From the sequence record DRR723986_4042: a stretch of DNA of 32,330 nt. One strand, given 5' to 3'. A program made the translations under genes and the position numbers. The notes under the pieces are model-generated. The model was not told where the DNA came from. It did no database searches and saw only the letters and a list, made by a program, of their open reading frames with translations. Below are positions 31,625 through 32,330 of this stretch, piece by piece; the stretch's first letter is position 1, and every line of letters starts with the position of its first letter.

Positions 31625-32330
31625 TCAGTGATTGGCTGACCGGCGCAGGAAAGCAGGAATCTCGAGGTCTGCATCGTCGAACGGGGCTGGCTCGGGATGA
31701 TCGTCCGGCGATGAGACGATCGGGGCCGGCTCTGCGGCGTCATCGTTTTCGCCTTGCGGCGTGTTGCGGCGCCATCCGAACAGGTTGGCAAAACCGGATC
31801 CGCCCTGGTCGGCTTTCGGCTTGTCGGCGACCGGGGTGTCGCGACGGGCGGAGAATACAGAATCTGCTGACACTTCTTCGTCTCCTTCTGCGCCTTCATA
31901 GTGATCGTCTTCGACCGCCGCTGTTTCCGCTTCAGCCGCGGTTGGACGATGGGTGATGATGGTCGGGCGGTCTTCGTCGTGTGCCGGGGCGTCTTCCGCC
32001 ATTTCCTCGGCTGCGACGACTTCGATTTCTGCGGTGTCCGCTTCCAGTTCGGGTTCCGGCTCCGGTTCCATTTCTTCGACCGGGGCAGCGATTGGCTGAC
32101 GGACGCTGGCTTCCGGATTGGCGGGCTCTGCCGGCTTCGCGGCAAAGCCTGCTTCGACGCCTGCCGCGATCACGGAGACGCGCAGACGGCCTTCCAGTTC
32201 GGTATCGAAGGCCGACCCGAGGATGATGTTCGCATCCGGGTCCACTTCGCGGCGGATCTCGTTGGCGGCCTCGTCCAGTTCGAACAGGGTCATGTCATAG
32301 CCGCCGGTGATGTTGATGAGCACACCCTTG
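31625..32330 (-). CDS. ftsZ: Cell division protein FtsZ, 3' part (5' end outside the window)
   Basis: [21 protein letters not shown], long acidic linker, C-terminal LEIPAFLRR. Confidence 0.96.
   Translation of the reverse strand, partial: KGVLINITGGYDMTLFELDEAANEIRREVDPDANIILGSAFDTELEGRLRVSVIAAGVEAGFAAKPAEPANPEASVRQPIAAPVEEMEPEPEPELEADTAEIEVVAAEEMAEDAPAHDEDRPTIITHRPTAAEAETAAVEDDHYEGAEGDEEVSADSVFSARRDTPVADKPKADQGGSGFANLFGWRRNTPQGENDDAAEPAPIVSSPDDHPEPAPFDDADLEIPAFLRRSANH

Noticed and set aside
31625-32160. Long acidic low-complexity stretch in FtsZ
   Set aside because: Normal disordered C-terminal linker of alphaproteobacterial FtsZ.

Overview
GC-rich alphaproteobacterial chromosome segment. 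The gene content (ShkA-like kinase next to ampG, alpha-type LexA box, ftsZ-lpxC-bamD) suggests a Hyphomonas/Caulobacter relative, but this is inference. Positions 1-~3150 are the end of a genomic island integrated in the 5' end of dusA. It carries a TraG/VirD4 coupling-protein gene apparently split at its Walker A motif by an IS256-type element (only the terminal repeat is in the window), a CopG/RHH gene, a dusA-associated tyrosine integrase and a cluster of repeated CGTGTGC motifs. Host DNA follows: dusA, a comM/yifB relic missed by the ORF track, a ShkA-like hybrid kinase, ampG, HdeD, a DUF4440 lipoprotein, a bacterial voltage-gated cation channel with a non-canonical TMDGW filter, a DjlA-like co-chaperone, a BlaI repressor with its operator plus an M56-M23-TonB_C fusion, prs, pgeF, an orphan amt, a cyclophilin-like lipoprotein, GFA, an acyl-CoA ligase, TM2, DUF1330, prmA, a candidate small-ORF plus anti-SD hairpin RNA unit, aminopeptidase P, two SDRs, LexA-boxed recN-ligA (inverted relative to bamD), bamD, lpxC and the 3' part of ftsZ. 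The best candidates for an undescribed system are the BlaI/M56-M23-TonB module, the TMDGW channel and the small-protein/sRNA unit. All calls come from reading motifs by eye; no database searches were run.
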